Assembly: GCF_006345805.1 (NCBI RefSeq)
Contig: NC_042997.1
Location: forward strand, 78,244,001 to 78,308,000
DNA from: Octopus sinensis
Taxonomy: Eukaryota
Direction: 5' to 3'
Length of the DNA: 64,000 nt
Shown here in pieces: positions 24,606 through 37,469 of the stretch. A program made the position numbers and the translations under genes. Under the pieces are notes generated by a model. That model searched no databases and was not told the origin of the DNA. It saw nothing but the letters and a program-made list of their open reading frames with translations. The stretch's first letter is position 1, and every line of letters starts with the position of its first letter.

Positions 24606-26374
24606 ATACATTTTTTAATTTATAAATTCCTTATAAAATTGTGAAGTGACAAGTAGTAATATTTGCTGATTTTACTCTTACATAATATCTCGTCACCGAA
24701 ATCCATTATCTCAAAAAGAAACTGAGGAAATTTTGTATGAAGATACTCCTTCAGATAATGAATCAACACGTGATGCTGATGACTCAGATGAAGCTTTAGG
24801 AAGAAGAAACAGCAAATATAGAGTTTGATGATTTATCAGAATTTGATTCAGATGATGTTCTATTAGCCTCCTTTGCAGGTAATAAAAATCCAAAATGGGT
24901 TAAGGTAAATGTTGTACAACCAACAATTATTTTTACCAATCCAAGTGGTGTAGCAAAAGATATCTAGGATATGCAAGAGCCTATAACTTATGCAATATTC
25001 CGCAAGTTGTCCACTGATAACATAATAGAGCATATTGTTTTTCATACTTTGTACGCTGTTTAATCAGGCAAAAATTTGGTTCCTATCACTGCCAAAGAAA
25101 TAGAAAATTTTTGGCAATTAATTTGATGATGGAAGTTAAGCGTTTGTCCAGTTATAGGGATTATTGGAGCACAGATCCAAAGCTAAATGATCCTTTGGTT
25201 ATTATCACATGTTCATTTGAATGACAATTCTCTTATGCCAGAAAGGGGCTCCCCTGACTTAGATAAATTGTACAAAGTCAAACCATACCTTGAAATGATC
25301 ATAAATAACTTTTTAAAATGCTATTGTGCAGGTGATACAGTTGTAGTGGTGGAGTCAATGGTAAAATTTAAGGGTAGGAATAGTCTAAAGCAATAAGTCA
25401 AACCAATAAGTAGGGGTTGCAAAATTTGGGCACCGGCAGATAAGTCAGGGTATTTCATTGATGGTGAAATTTATACAGGTAAAAATACTGGTAAAGTTAC
25501 AAGAGACTTAGGAGGGAATGTAGTTAGAAAGCTAACAAGTCAACTAAAAGGAGGAAAACAAAGATTTTTGGACAACTATTTTACTAGCTATGACCTAGTT
25601 AATGATTTGAAAGGAGGTCAATTATTTGCATGTGGCACTGTAAATAAGAAAAGGGCGAAATTTCCTCAATCTTATAAGAATGGTGAAGACTTGGAAAGAG
25701 GTGAACATGACTGGTTTATTTCTGGTGATGGAATCTCTGCAGTGAAATGGAAAGATAAGAGAGTGGTGTAGGCTACTTCAAGTTTTCATGATCCTACTGA
25801 AATTTGCCAAGTTTCAAGGCGGAGAAAGGATGGAAGCAACCTCCAAATAAACTGTTCACTTATGATAAAGGATTGCAATCTAAATATGAATTGTGTTGAT
25901 AAATTTGGCCAGCTAAAGAAAACCTATGAAATAGACCGTAAAAGTCACAAATAGTGGCACAGAATATTTATTACTTTCTTGATGCAGCAATTGTAAATGC
26001 TTTTATACTTTATAAGAAAGTACAGGACAGCAATATGACACTGAAAAAATTCAGATTGGTAGTTGTTGATGGCTTTGCAGCAGAATCTATTGTGCTAAAA
26101 AGAAAGACTAAAGGGCCTTCAATAGAAATTAAAAGGCGAAAGCCTCATGTTTCATTGGACATTAGAAAGAGAGAGTCAGTTCATCAACAAATAAGAGGAA
26201 CTAGAAGGTGTATTTTGTGCAGTTCAAAAGCTCGACAAATCAGAACAGAGTAGAAATGTTCTATTTTCGAAGTTTCTCTCTGTCTTGATAAAAAGAAGCA
26301 ATGTTTCCAAGAATATCACAAATAAAGATGTACCTATTGTTCGGTGGTACACATTTTAGACCACCTCCACTAAG
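23916..26374 (+). mobile_element. Decayed full-length piggyBac transposon (~2.46 kb)
   Basis: Left TTAA|CTCTGGGTGGTATAAA and right end (reverse complement) TTGA|CTTAGTGGAGGTGGTCTAAA form degenerate TIRs; internal transposase pseudogene. End positions are less certain than the element call. Confidence 0.7.
24690..26325 (+). pseudogene. piggyBac (PGBD-type) transposase pseudogene
   Basis: DKLYKVKP, VVESMVKFKGR (first catalytic D lost), DNYFTS, KWKDKR.V, VDKFGQ, W.RIF.YFLD.AIVNAFILY and C-terminal CILC...C...C...CFQEYH; many stops and frameshifts. Confidence 0.9.
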
Positions 26375-28786
26375 TCAAAATTATATATATATTTTTGTAA
26401 TTTCCAACTAGAAATGTTTAATTTAGTTAATAACATAGGACAAATTTATTTGTGGTGAATGTGAGGTCAATGAATAAATTTTTGCCCCTCTCGAGTTCTT
26501 TTTTGGCCTGTCTATCTCGCACCTGAAAAACTTAAACAGACAGACTCCTGTATTAGCTCTACTTGGTATTGATCATATAAATTCTAATCTGCAACTCAAC
26601 TGCAAGTTTGAAAGAATTCCAAATTTACTTAAAATACCATCATCTAAATGTAGGTTATATGTAAGTATATATGTGCGAATGTATATACATATATACAGAT
26701 AGACACAGATATACACATACAAACATATATAGATATACATATACATACATATAAACATGTATATATATTTGGTGCGTGTGTAAGTATCTGCGTGTATATG
26801 TATGCGTGTGTGCGCGCGTGTGTGTCTGTGCGTATGTGCATGTGTGTATATTTAATAACAGGTTCACTCAACTTTACATTGCATAAAATTTTCAGAGCAT
26901 ATACCTCATACACAGTATCGGATATTCTGAGTCAGGGTGAAGAGAATTTGTAAGTTTTAGGCCTCGTTTTAGGTCACGTGCTTGCTTAAACTATCTGAGC
27001 GACATCAGTTTTTTGTAGGAGGTCCCACCTAATAATGTTTGTGTCAGTTGGCCGTTTCAGTGGCATCAAGTTCTTACACCGAATGCTCCAAATGATAGTG
27101 CAGAGAGGATGTCAGTATTGGCCAATCAGCATAATATCATGTTATTTCCATCTCACAGTAAGGTGACGAGAAATTATGTGCTTTTCTCAGAAGCACAATT
27201 CGACGTCCGGCCGAGGAATTGAATCCAAGATATTATGATCGTGAGTCGAACACATTTACATTTAAATCACTCGCTGAGGTGAGTTAAAATGTAAGTAGTT
27301 ATTCGCTATGCACATATTAGCTACTTTGTGTTTAATATAAATAGCTGTTCAGAGGCGACGATCTGACAGTATCGCTAACGGTATTTCGTCCGACTTTACG
27401 TTCTGAGTTCAAATTCCACGAAGGTCAACTTTGTTCATTGCTTTTCGTATTCAGCACATTGACGGGTGGTACACACACATTGGTGAAATTCATTCACAGC
27501 TGAGCAACGTGAAATGAAGTGTTTTATCCAACAACACAATGCACTGCTTGAATTAGGGGTCGAAATCACGATCTTAATTGCTACACCCTTAACATTAGGC
27601 AAGTTGCCTTCACAAAAAGACTTAATTAAATAGAAAAATTTTGAGGAAAAAATAGCATTATGTGGCTTCTTTAGATGACTTCACATAAAGGCGTAGTTGT
27701 AAGATCCAGAGTTCTAAAACGATTGGAAGTCTCAGATAAGTAGACAATCAGAGCATCTGCCGATCGCTGACTATAAGATTTCTGATATATCGACTTGTTT
27801 TTATGCGATGTAAAGGCAAACTCTGAATGCGGGGAATATAGTTTGTTAAATTGACTTCTTTATATAATTTGTATATGATTTATCGATCTTGTGTAGATGA
27901 ATGGTAAAATCGATACCCAGAGTATTTGAACTATGGACTGAGATGACCGAGATTAAATAGCTGACATACAAATAACAATTTATGCTTAGATATCAGAAAT
28001 TTCCAAATTTTAAGCAATGGTTTTAAAAATTAAATTCTTGTTACTATTTTGGTTAATTGTTTGTGGACACACGTACACATCAATGAGTATATGTATAACC
28101 ATCCATACATGTTTGTGCATACTTTTACTGGTTTCTGCTAAAGACTGCGGCCATGATAGGGAACCGCCTTTAAAAAAGAATATCTGTGAAGAGTGGGATG
28201 CCTATAAAATTTAAAGCACTTAGTTCGGTCCACGACTATCTCTACTATCTTTAAGGTAAAAGATAAGTTTATTACGATATTCAAAACTTCAAGATAATTG
28301 TTTACAGAGCGAAATCTATGACTTAAAATATTTGCCAAAGATTAGAGTCCAAACTGTAATTATTTCTTGTTTGCTTTCTATTGAGATTGTACTTCATTTC
28401 TGATCGTGTGTAGATCACTAACGAGTTTGAAGTTTACGTCCTTTCAAAAGGCATTAACAATACCCATCCTTGACCGTGCAAATCAATCTTCAAGGGTGTT
28501 TAAACATGTCCCTCACAACGCTTATTTTAGGCACTGTGTATCAAGCATTACATCATCTAAAGTGTCATTTGCATTGTAAAAATGATCGGGTGTATTTTGA
28601 GGGAGGTTTGACCGTTATTTCAAGCAAGCCAAACGACTAGATTGTGGCTCCTTCACATTAGCATATACTCATCTGTATATGTATATATGTATTTATGTAC
28701 ATGTGTGTATAAACGTATGTTTGTTTATACATTATACCATCTATTTATGTATCCATCCATCTCTCTAGCCATCTATTTGTGTAACG

Positions 28787-28838
<52 letters not shown>

Positions 28839-28987
28839 GTATATACATAGACATTTATGTATACACAAACACGCGCGCGCGCACACACATACACATATAA
28901 ATATAAGAGGGATGGTATTAATAACATACCATCACGAGTGGCAAGCGTATTATCAGCCGTACAGGCAAATTAATAAAATATATATAT

Positions 28988-29024
<37 letters not shown>

Positions 29025-29086
29025 TATATATATGAAAAAACAAGTCAAAAATAGAAAATGCTGAGATGATTTTATAGTGAATCTTT

Positions 29087-29124
29087 CAGTACCGGTTTCG
29101 GTCATTTTGAGACCTTTTCAACTG
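29087..29124 (-). ncRNA. Minimal type I hammerhead ribozyme with U3-A8 core variant
   Basis: CAG-TTGAAAA-GGTC-TCAAAAT-GACC-GAA-ACCGGT-A-CTG. Confidence 0.75.
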
Positions 29125-29673
29125 TAACGATTAAATAATTAAATTTAGAAAAATTTAGAAAAATTAGAAGAAAGGTTTTTTTAAAGGAATACTTCCATAG
29201 TAGTGTTCAGATATAGGTGGCATTCTGCCTTTCTCTGACTCCCTTGTTTGCACTTGTGTATTCGAGGTCGTTGTGAGTTCTTGAGGGGGTGGGAGTGGGA
29301 AAATCTGGGCTGGTCAGTGGCGACCGGCAGTCGCTGCGTAGGCGTTATACTTAAAGACATTAGTGACAAGGTTAAGGGGTAGAAGGTGGAGAAGTAGAAG
29401 AAGAAGAAGATGACGGTGTCGATGATGATGACGATGAAGAAGAAGAAGGAGAAAGAGAAGATGACGATGATGATGGTGGTGATGACGATGACGACGATGA
29501 TGATGATAATGATGATGATGATGAAGAAGAAGAGGAAGAAGAAGAAAAAAACAGAGAAGGGAGAATATGAATGGGTGAAGATATAGCTGTGATGGGGCGA
29601 TTAGTAATGGATTCTATGGAATGTAATATTTGTGTGTGTATATATATTTCTTTTATTCTTAAGTTGAGGTATA

Positions 29674-31411
29674 TTAATTGTTTGTCGTAGACCCGTTAAG
29701 AAGTGGCCTGTATTTTATAATAAAGAGATTTTCTTTACTTATTCGTTGTCTCGAGGTTGTATCGTCCCTAAATTGGTAGAGGGGGAAAATTCTGAAGTTT
29801 GGTGTTTTTTTGTTGGCGCAAGTATCTATGTGTTGGCTAAAAGTTATTTTTCTGTTTTGGGGAATTTTTATCTGGGATCTGTGCAGGGCCATTCGTTTAC
29901 GCAAACCATTTTTTGTTTGGCCTATGTACTGCTCTTGACACCCGGAGCAGGTTAGTGAGTATATTAGGTTCTCCGAAGCACATGTGAAGTTGCTTTTCAC
30001 TGTAAACCGTTGTCCCTGTTTGAAGGAGAACTCATAACCCTCGATTAGATAGTCGCATATCCCGCAATTGGGTCTTCCACATTTTTTTACTGTCGGTTTC
30101 TGTGTTGAAGAGTGAATTCGGGCTTGTGTTAGGAGACTTTTCATGGATCTAGGCTGTCTTTTGCTTTTTATGATCGTGTGTGTTTGGAGGATTGTGTTCA
30201 TTCTGTGGTCTTTTTTTAGGAGGGGTATGTTGTGGAGGATGGTGCCGAAGGCTTCGTTATTGAGAGGGTTGTGTGTGGAGATGTATGGTAAGGCTTTTGG
30301 TTGTAAGTTTTTCTTTGATTTGGGATGTCTCAGTTCCTTGATGTTAAGTTGAAGGGCACGTTGAATGCACTTGTCAATAAGTGAAGGTGGATAGTTCCTG
30401 GTGATAAGGGTATCTTTTAGTTCTTGTAGTCGTGTGTCTCTGGTGTTTGCGTTAGAGACTATAGTGCATATCCTTTTTGCTAGATTGAAGGGGATATTCA
30501 TCCTGGTGTGTCTGGGGTGGCATGAATTGAATGGAAGATATTGCTTAGAGTCTGTAGGCTTATAGTATATGTCTGTTTCTATTATATTATTAGCTTTCTT
30601 AATGAGGATATCGAGGAAGGGAAGTTGTTGCTGGCTATATTCCATCGTGAATTGGATGTTTACGTCCAGCCCGTTTAAAATTTCCTGGAATTCTATGAGT
30701 TTTTCTATATTTTTATGCCAAAGAATGAAACAGTCATCTAGATATCTCTTCCAGTTGTTTTCTATGTAGATGGAGAAAGGGCTGCCATATCTTTCTAGAA
30801 CCTTACGATACAGACTGATCTCTAGGTATCCTATGACTAGGTTGGCAAAGGAGGGGGCCATTCGTGTACCCATCGCAGTCCCCGATTTTTGTCGGTAGAA
30901 GTTGTCATTGAAGGCGAAGAAGTTATTTTCCAGGATGAATTTAACCCCTTCTATCACGAATTCTTTTTTGATGCGGTGTGGTAGTTCGTTGGCGTGATTC
31001 TCTAGCCAGAATTGGATTGCCTCTAGTCCTAGGTTGTGGGGGATATTGGAGTAGAGGTTGACTACATCGAAGGATACCAGTATGGTGTTTTGGTTTATAG
31101 TATTTGGTAGGTGATTGAGCATATCTAAGTCGTCCCTTATATAGCTTTTGACATGTTTGAGGAGTGGTTTTAACAGGGTGTCTAAAAAGTTACTGAGGCG
31201 GTGGGTTTCGCATGCGGGACCTGCTATTATGGGTCTCAATTTGAGGTCATTAGGATTAGGGACTTTAATTATTTTGTCTGTGGCTATCTTGCATGCGTTG
31301 CTTATTTTTTCACTTTTGTGGATCTTAGGTATACCGTAGAATTGGCTAGTTTTACTTGTGAAATTGGTCATATAATCATATTCTTTGTCGGTGAGCCCTG
31401 CTTTGTATGGG

Positions 31412-31416
<5 letters not shown>
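29674..31416 (-). CDS. PLE reverse transcriptase + GIY-YIG endonuclease, 580 uninterrupted codons, 5'-truncated (no native ATG)
   Basis: [59 protein letters not shown]...C..C..QYIGQT..RM..H; no internal stops. Confidence 0.92.
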
Positions 31417-31492
<76 letters not shown>

Positions 31493-31532
31493 ATACATAT
31501 ATATATATATAATATATACATACATACATACA

Positions 31533-31620
<88 letters not shown>

Positions 31621-31640
31621 TATATATATACATATATATA
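31417..31640. repeat. (TA)n/(TACA)n array
   Basis: Direct reading. Confidence 0.95.
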
Positions 31641-32381
31641 AATTAGACATGCTACGTGCCACCCATGATCAATTTTTATCTCTTTGTCGAAATAGAATTG
31701 GTTTCTCTGATATCGTTAATAACCCAGAAGAAAGTAGAAATCTTGTACAACCTGATTTCGCTGTGGCAGAGTTCACTGAGTTTACATAGCATGTGCCTCA
31801 GGATGAAATTTTTATAAAGCTTCATCTACTTTGGTCACATTACATTACAGCAGCAAATATGCGTTTGCTTTGTTTGAAAAGTAGTAATATTTCGTACGGA
31901 AAATGTTAAGTGCTTGCTCTAAATTTCCGAGAAAATGTCAATACACTGATTAATAGTAACATTTTGAAAAAAATCCAAGAAGTTGACATACAAATAACAA
32001 TTTATGCTTAGATTTTAAGAGATTATATCGTAACTTTCGGTCGGAACGTTGCAGATATTTCCAAATATGAAGTAATATTTTTAGAAGTCTAATGCGTGTA
32101 TTTGCTCGTAAACACCCGTACTCATCTATGTATATATCGTATAACCATCTGTTTACATTCATACATACCTATACTTACGCGTGTGAGGGGAGGAACATGT
32201 GTGTGTGCATATACATATATATATATATACTTCATATATATATATATATATATATACATCAACAATCAAGGAACGGCCATAATAGGCCATTCACCCACTA
32301 GAAATAACAGCCAAAGCTTCAACCGCAAATAAAAGTCAATTCCGTAAACAGGAGAAAATTTAAAAAAACATTTACCCTGTA

Positions 32382-32488
32382 ATTTCTTATACGATGCACC
32401 GTTTCATCTGCTGTTTAATGGTAAACTAACCTGATTAAATTAAATCAAGCCAATCTTCCATAGGCCCTCAGATTCTTCAGTAAGAAAT
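32382..32488 (-). ncRNA. Type I hammerhead ribozyme (mirror copy in left arm)
   Basis: Exact reverse complement of 32518-32624. Confidence 0.75.
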
Positions 32489-32517
32489 AGCCACAAGTCG
32501 GAACAGATATTGTGGCT

Positions 32518-32624
32518 ATTTCTTACTGAAGAATCTGAGGGCCTATGGAAGATTGGCTTGATTTAATTTAATCAGGTTAGTTTACCATTAAACAGCAGAT
32601 GAAACGGTGCATCGTATAAGAAAT
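32518..32624 (+). ncRNA. Type I hammerhead ribozyme with 58-nt stem II loop
   Basis: ATTTCTTA-CTGAAGA-ATCTG-(58 nt)-CAGAT-GAA-ACGGTGCATCGT-A-TAAGAAAT: 8-bp stem I, 5-bp stem II, near-palindromic stem III, GUA site. Confidence 0.8.
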
Positions 32625-32937
32625 TACAGGGTAAATGTTTTTTAAATTTTCTCCTGTTTACGGAATTGACTTTTATTTGCGGTTGAAGCTTTGGCTGTTA
32701 TTTCTAGTGGGTGAATGGCCTATTATGGCCGTTCCTTGATTGTTGATGTTGAACTTAAAAATGGTCTATGACTATTTAATTTTTTCCCACTAGGCCGCTG
32801 GTGGCAAAAAAATTTCTACAAAATTTATTTTGCCACCCTATATTGATTAAATATATATATATACATATATACATTCAATTGTGAGTTTGTTAAAACAAAT
32901 AGATAAATATAGTGGAATTATATTGGAAATATATATA

Positions 32938-33156
32938 CAGGGCTGGACAAAAGTCATCCGACAGTAAATCAAAATTACATAAATACTAACTGTAATTTTG
33001 GAAAAATGTGTCACTCAAGAGGGACTTCAGTTTGAACAATTTTCAAGACGTTTCATATTTAGATGTTTTTATTAAATTCATTCAGTTGTTAAACATAAAT
33101 ATATGTTGGAATTAAATGGTTTTGATTTACTGTCAGGTGACTTTTGGCAAGCCCTG
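32938..33156. mobile_element. Tc1/mariner-type MITE, 219 bp
   Basis: 37-bp TIRs starting CAGGGCT with 4 mismatches; TA on the left, AA (mutated TSD) on the right. Confidence 0.8.
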
Positions 33157-33357
33157 AATATGTAACTAAATTTGAAAAAGAACAAAATTTAAAGATGGTA
33201 TTCTACAATAGGGTATTTCAAATCTAATCCACTGGAATTTTCATCCGCAGGTAATGCTGAATGTAAATAACCAACTTCTCTTTGGAGAAATCGATACCAA
33301 AATAGCTAAATGTTTACAGTTCAATTAAAGAATGTGTATTTTTCACACGTGTTCGCG

Positions 33358-33416
<59 letters not shown>

Positions 33417-33420
33417 ATAT

Positions 33421-33457
<37 letters not shown>

Positions 33458-34517
33458 TTGTATGTGTGTGTGCATTTATTAAATGTGTTATGTGCGCGCG
33501 TTTGTATGTGTCTAATCCTTAATGCCATAAACATTATATAATATATATTCATCAGTGAATATGTGTGTATGCATCAAGTGAACGGCGTAGACAGTGATAA
33601 ACACGGATTAAGGAACATATTATCTCAGGCCAATGACCGAAAATGTAGACGTTCGGTGCATTTTGTATTTTTAGCCTATATCAAGTAGTTTTCTAAACTA
33701 CACTACACATAATACATAAGTGTATATGCAATCCTGCATTTATATAGAAAATTATTCAAAACGTGCACAGAGCCTACGGATTACATGGAGATACAAGGCA
33801 CGTTATAAAAATCTGCCTTGTCTCAATGGCAAAAAGTTATTAATCTCTCATTGGATGAAGTACTTTTTTGTCGATCTTTCCTTAACGGAGCAGTAAACTA
33901 CAAATATATATATGTATATACATTAAAGCGTCATGATATTGTTGCTGAAACAACATATAAGGCTATCAGTTTTCGTGTAAATATAGAAATAATTCTTTTG
34001 TCGATTTAGTATCACGATATTACAGGTACATTCTTATCACAAGTGTGATAAAGTTACCTGGGAGATAAAAAACATTTATGAACAACTGTCTGTGTTAGCT
34101 GCCAGGCGGATCTGAAGTTTCTTTAAAAGTCAATGTAAAACGCAAATTTTGGATTACTACTTCGAAATTTATCCATATTAAAAATACTTGTTTATACCTA
34201 TAATCATTGATGTACTTGGTTTGGTTAGTAAATGTCCAAATGGCACATTACAGACACTGAAATGAATGGAAATGGAACGGCAGAGACGCTCTGTTTGTAG
34301 TTTTTTTTTTTGTTAATGAGAGCTTCGCTGGGACTTGACAATAACTACTGCACGGGTTAATATGAAAAAGTTTATATTTTTCTTAAAACATTGTTATATT
34401 AGTAGGTGAACGGTTTTATTAATTTATTATTCAATAATTTTATTTATAACCCGACGTTGCTAGGGGTTAAAATGGCATAGTTTTTTTATTACTTTACTTG
34501 TTTCAGTCATGTGACTG

Positions 34518-36560
34518 ATTCCTGTGAGGGAACGATCATTTTGGAAGAGAGGTCCTATCCTCTGGCGCGCTGCGGCCGTCTCTTTGGCAAACTTAAAGAA
34601 GGCTTTATGGTTTGACTTTATATTTTCTATAACCCAAGCTTCTTTATCTGCTCGCTACTTTTCATGAGACTGATGCAGACTTTTTTCAATTTCCATTAAC
34701 ATTCTCTCGAGGCGAGACTTCTCACCACTTTTGGTGTGCTTGCTCAGGCGGTTCGCAATCCTTGTCCGTCGTCTCATAAGAAACTTCCTTTCCCTAGGGA
34801 TCCTGTTTTTGTGTGTTCTGGCCCTGCACACTGGGACATATTTGTCACATATGGCTTGTATTATGGACATAAAACGTTTGTGTTTCATGTCAATGACTGG
34901 TGTGGAAAGACATTTAGGCCAAGCCTGTTTGAGGATCTCTTTCTCAATCAACTTCCATTTTGCTTTATGAAAGTTTAGTTTGGAGAGATTGTGGATGCTT
35001 CGTATAGGCTGTGCGTCTGCGGGTTTTTTGGTCCATACATAGACAGCTCTATTATGTTGTGATCCGAGACCAATGTCGGCATCATTTTAACATTATCGAT
35101 AATGTCCATATTGTTTGTGAAGCAGAGATCCTGTATATTATTTGCCCTGGTTGGTTGCAGCACAATTTGCTCCATGAAAGAGACATTTGTGAGGTGGAGA
35201 AGGGACTCTGACTGTGCTTGCTGATGGTGTGCCATCCCTGGGAGTATCTGCCCCCCCCCCCCCCCCAGGCCATTCCACATAGGGGAAGTTAAAGTTACCC
35301 ATGAAGAATACACTGTTGTGTTGTTCCAGTTTGGCGAGAACTTCTATTTTTGTTAGCCAGTCTTCAAACATGCCTGTGCGATTTGGGGCATCCGGTGGGA
35401 GATATGTAGTACATAGGACGATATTCAGTTGTCTTATGTGTACGATTTGAGTGTCACACACTGAGTTTGAATATGACAACAGGACCTGGAGCGTGAGGTC
35501 ATCTCGGATGTACATTGCAACTCCACCATGACTCCTCTCTTTTCTATCTGAGCGTATGACAACATATTGCGGTATGTTTATTTCTGCATCCCCTATATCA
35601 GGTCCAAGATGCGTTTCTATGAGTGCCATGCATATAGCTTGATTGCATGCCGCAAGGTTCCTCAGGAATGAGATTTTCCTTTTACAGTTGCCGCGCTGCA
35701 GCCCTCCTACGTTCAGTAGAAATATTTTTGTGACGTGTGTGTTGATGTTTGTGGTGGCCATCCTGCATCTGTAGGTGGTGGCCTTATGTGGTGGTAGGTA
35801 TAGTTCCAGCTTTGTGTTTGTAGCCAGGTCAGCTGCTGGACAACTTTTTGTGCTATGCACAAAAATAATTGCTGTTCAGCTGCTGCCCTTCTCACATCTG
35901 GGTGAAGCTGGCCAATTATTGGGACATGCAATATCCTTTTTTGGACCGCGCACTACATCCGCATATTGTCTTTTGGGAGTAGTCAGTGCGCCATTTTTCT
36001 TTCTTTGGTATTTTTCTTTTTCTTTTTGTCCTCCTCATCGGAGGAATTGTTGTGTTGGGTCGTGCGGTTTTGGCAGGGCTTCTGATGTGCAAAACTCACA
36101 AACATATTTCTCCTCATGCATTTTGAGGACTGAAAGTGTAGCAGATTCAGAATATTTTCTGAGAACATGTACTTTCAAATCTTTTTCAAAATTGCAGCCG
36201 TTTGAAACAAAATGTTTTGCAAGTTCTGTCGAACTACTGTTATTGTGCCTGGAATATCTGCACATGGAATCTTTAGTTTAATTGTTCTGTTGTACAACCA
36301 ACATAAATTAAGTTGTGTTTCGTGCATTCTGCTGCGCACGCCAAATGGAAATCTCTATACGTTCCCCTTCCGTATAAATCATAACATTTCTGTTATAATT
36401 CCTGATGGAATTCACTTGACTCATGTTGTTGAACAATGAACAGGGCTTACTTCTCTTGCGACTGTTTTTCAAGGTACATCGTGCAGAAACTCCAATGTTA
36501 CTTTTCTTGGAGTCTAAGTAGAGGTTAATAGTTCTCATATTTTTATTCCGTCTAAAGGCT
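34518..36560 (-). mobile_element. CR1-like LINE: ORF1 remnant + APE endonuclease of ORF2, RT missing
   Basis: ORF2 from ATG 35761: FLLNVGGL, ALIETHL, RSDRKERSHGGVAMYIR, MGNFNFP, QPTRANNIQDLCFTN, SDHN, KAFFKFAK..RIGPL. ORF1 overlaps the ORF2 start. Confidence 0.85.
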
Positions 36561-36809
36561 ACAATAGGCGGTTGAGAGAATATTTGTTTGAAACGAGGGT
36601 ATTTTTCCGCAACTGGTAACTTTCATGTAACACTTTTGAAATGCCAGCAAAAGTTTGGTGCCAGTTAATCACAAAAGGAATTCTGTCATATTTTACTTTG
36701 TTTATGCGTGTAGGTTTGAATCATCTTGCTAATCTTAGCTATGTCATTTGCTATTTCCTTTAATCGTCATTCACTGTAACAGCATTTGACAAATGGTGTC
36801 AAAAGCATT

Positions 36810-37230
36810 TGCATGTTTCCAATAATCCCCTATATCAGTACAAATCCTTTCATTCCAAAATAATTGGAATTTCGGATTTGGCCGAATTTATGATGTGGAT
36901 GATCGGAGCAGCGATGGAGGTATATGTGGGATGACGTGGGCTTGCAAAATAACTCTGTCGCTATTTTGCCTCCAGAAAAATGATCTTTTGTGTTCAAAAA
37001 TTCAACGCCAGTTTTCGAAACCTAGACGTAGATTTTATCTTTTTTAGCATAACAGTCACAGAAATGCAAGAAGTCATTTAAACTATCCTGCGATCCTTCC
37101 CAGCTAAAATAGAAGTCATCAATGAGGATAAAACTTATTTCTCTTCTCATGGTTATAGATTCTTGGGGCCCTTAAATATTACCCATAAGCCAAATGCCGT
37201 TTCGATGGCTATACCTTCTATAGCTTTCTA
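36810..37230 (-). pseudogene. Degraded PLE RT fragment
   Basis: GIAI.TAF, LLFSWEGSQDSLNDFL, VEFLNTK, TELFCKPTSSHIYLHRCSDHP match PLE RT/thumb motifs. Confidence 0.75.
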
Positions 37231-37286
37231 ACACTTTATTCCCACTGTTATGTTGTTCAGAGGATCGCATAAGCTCACTTAATTAA

Positions 37287-37368
<82 letters not shown>

Positions 37369-37469
37369 TACACATTCGTACATACATGCGTGTATGTTTT
37401 AATGCTACAAATATATTTTGGATATATATATTAATCGATGAAAGAACCGAAACACTCTTCACAAACTTT

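Larger units (their letters stand above)
29050..31416 (-). mobile_element. 5'-truncated Neptune-type PLE between (TA)n arrays
   Basis: RT-EN ORF, then a UTR containing a (GAT/GAA)n tract and an HHR; TA arrays at ~28980-29030 and 31417-31640. Confidence 0.9.
32256..32749. repeat. Near-perfect palindrome, arms 241/240 bp, 13-nt loop (32497-32509)
   Basis: By hand comparison the arms differ only by one base in an A/T homopolymer. Confidence 0.95.

Noticed and set aside
31417-31662. N-terminal 82 aa of the 662-aa ORF
   Set aside because: In-frame read-through of a TA/TACA array; PLE homology starts at 31416.
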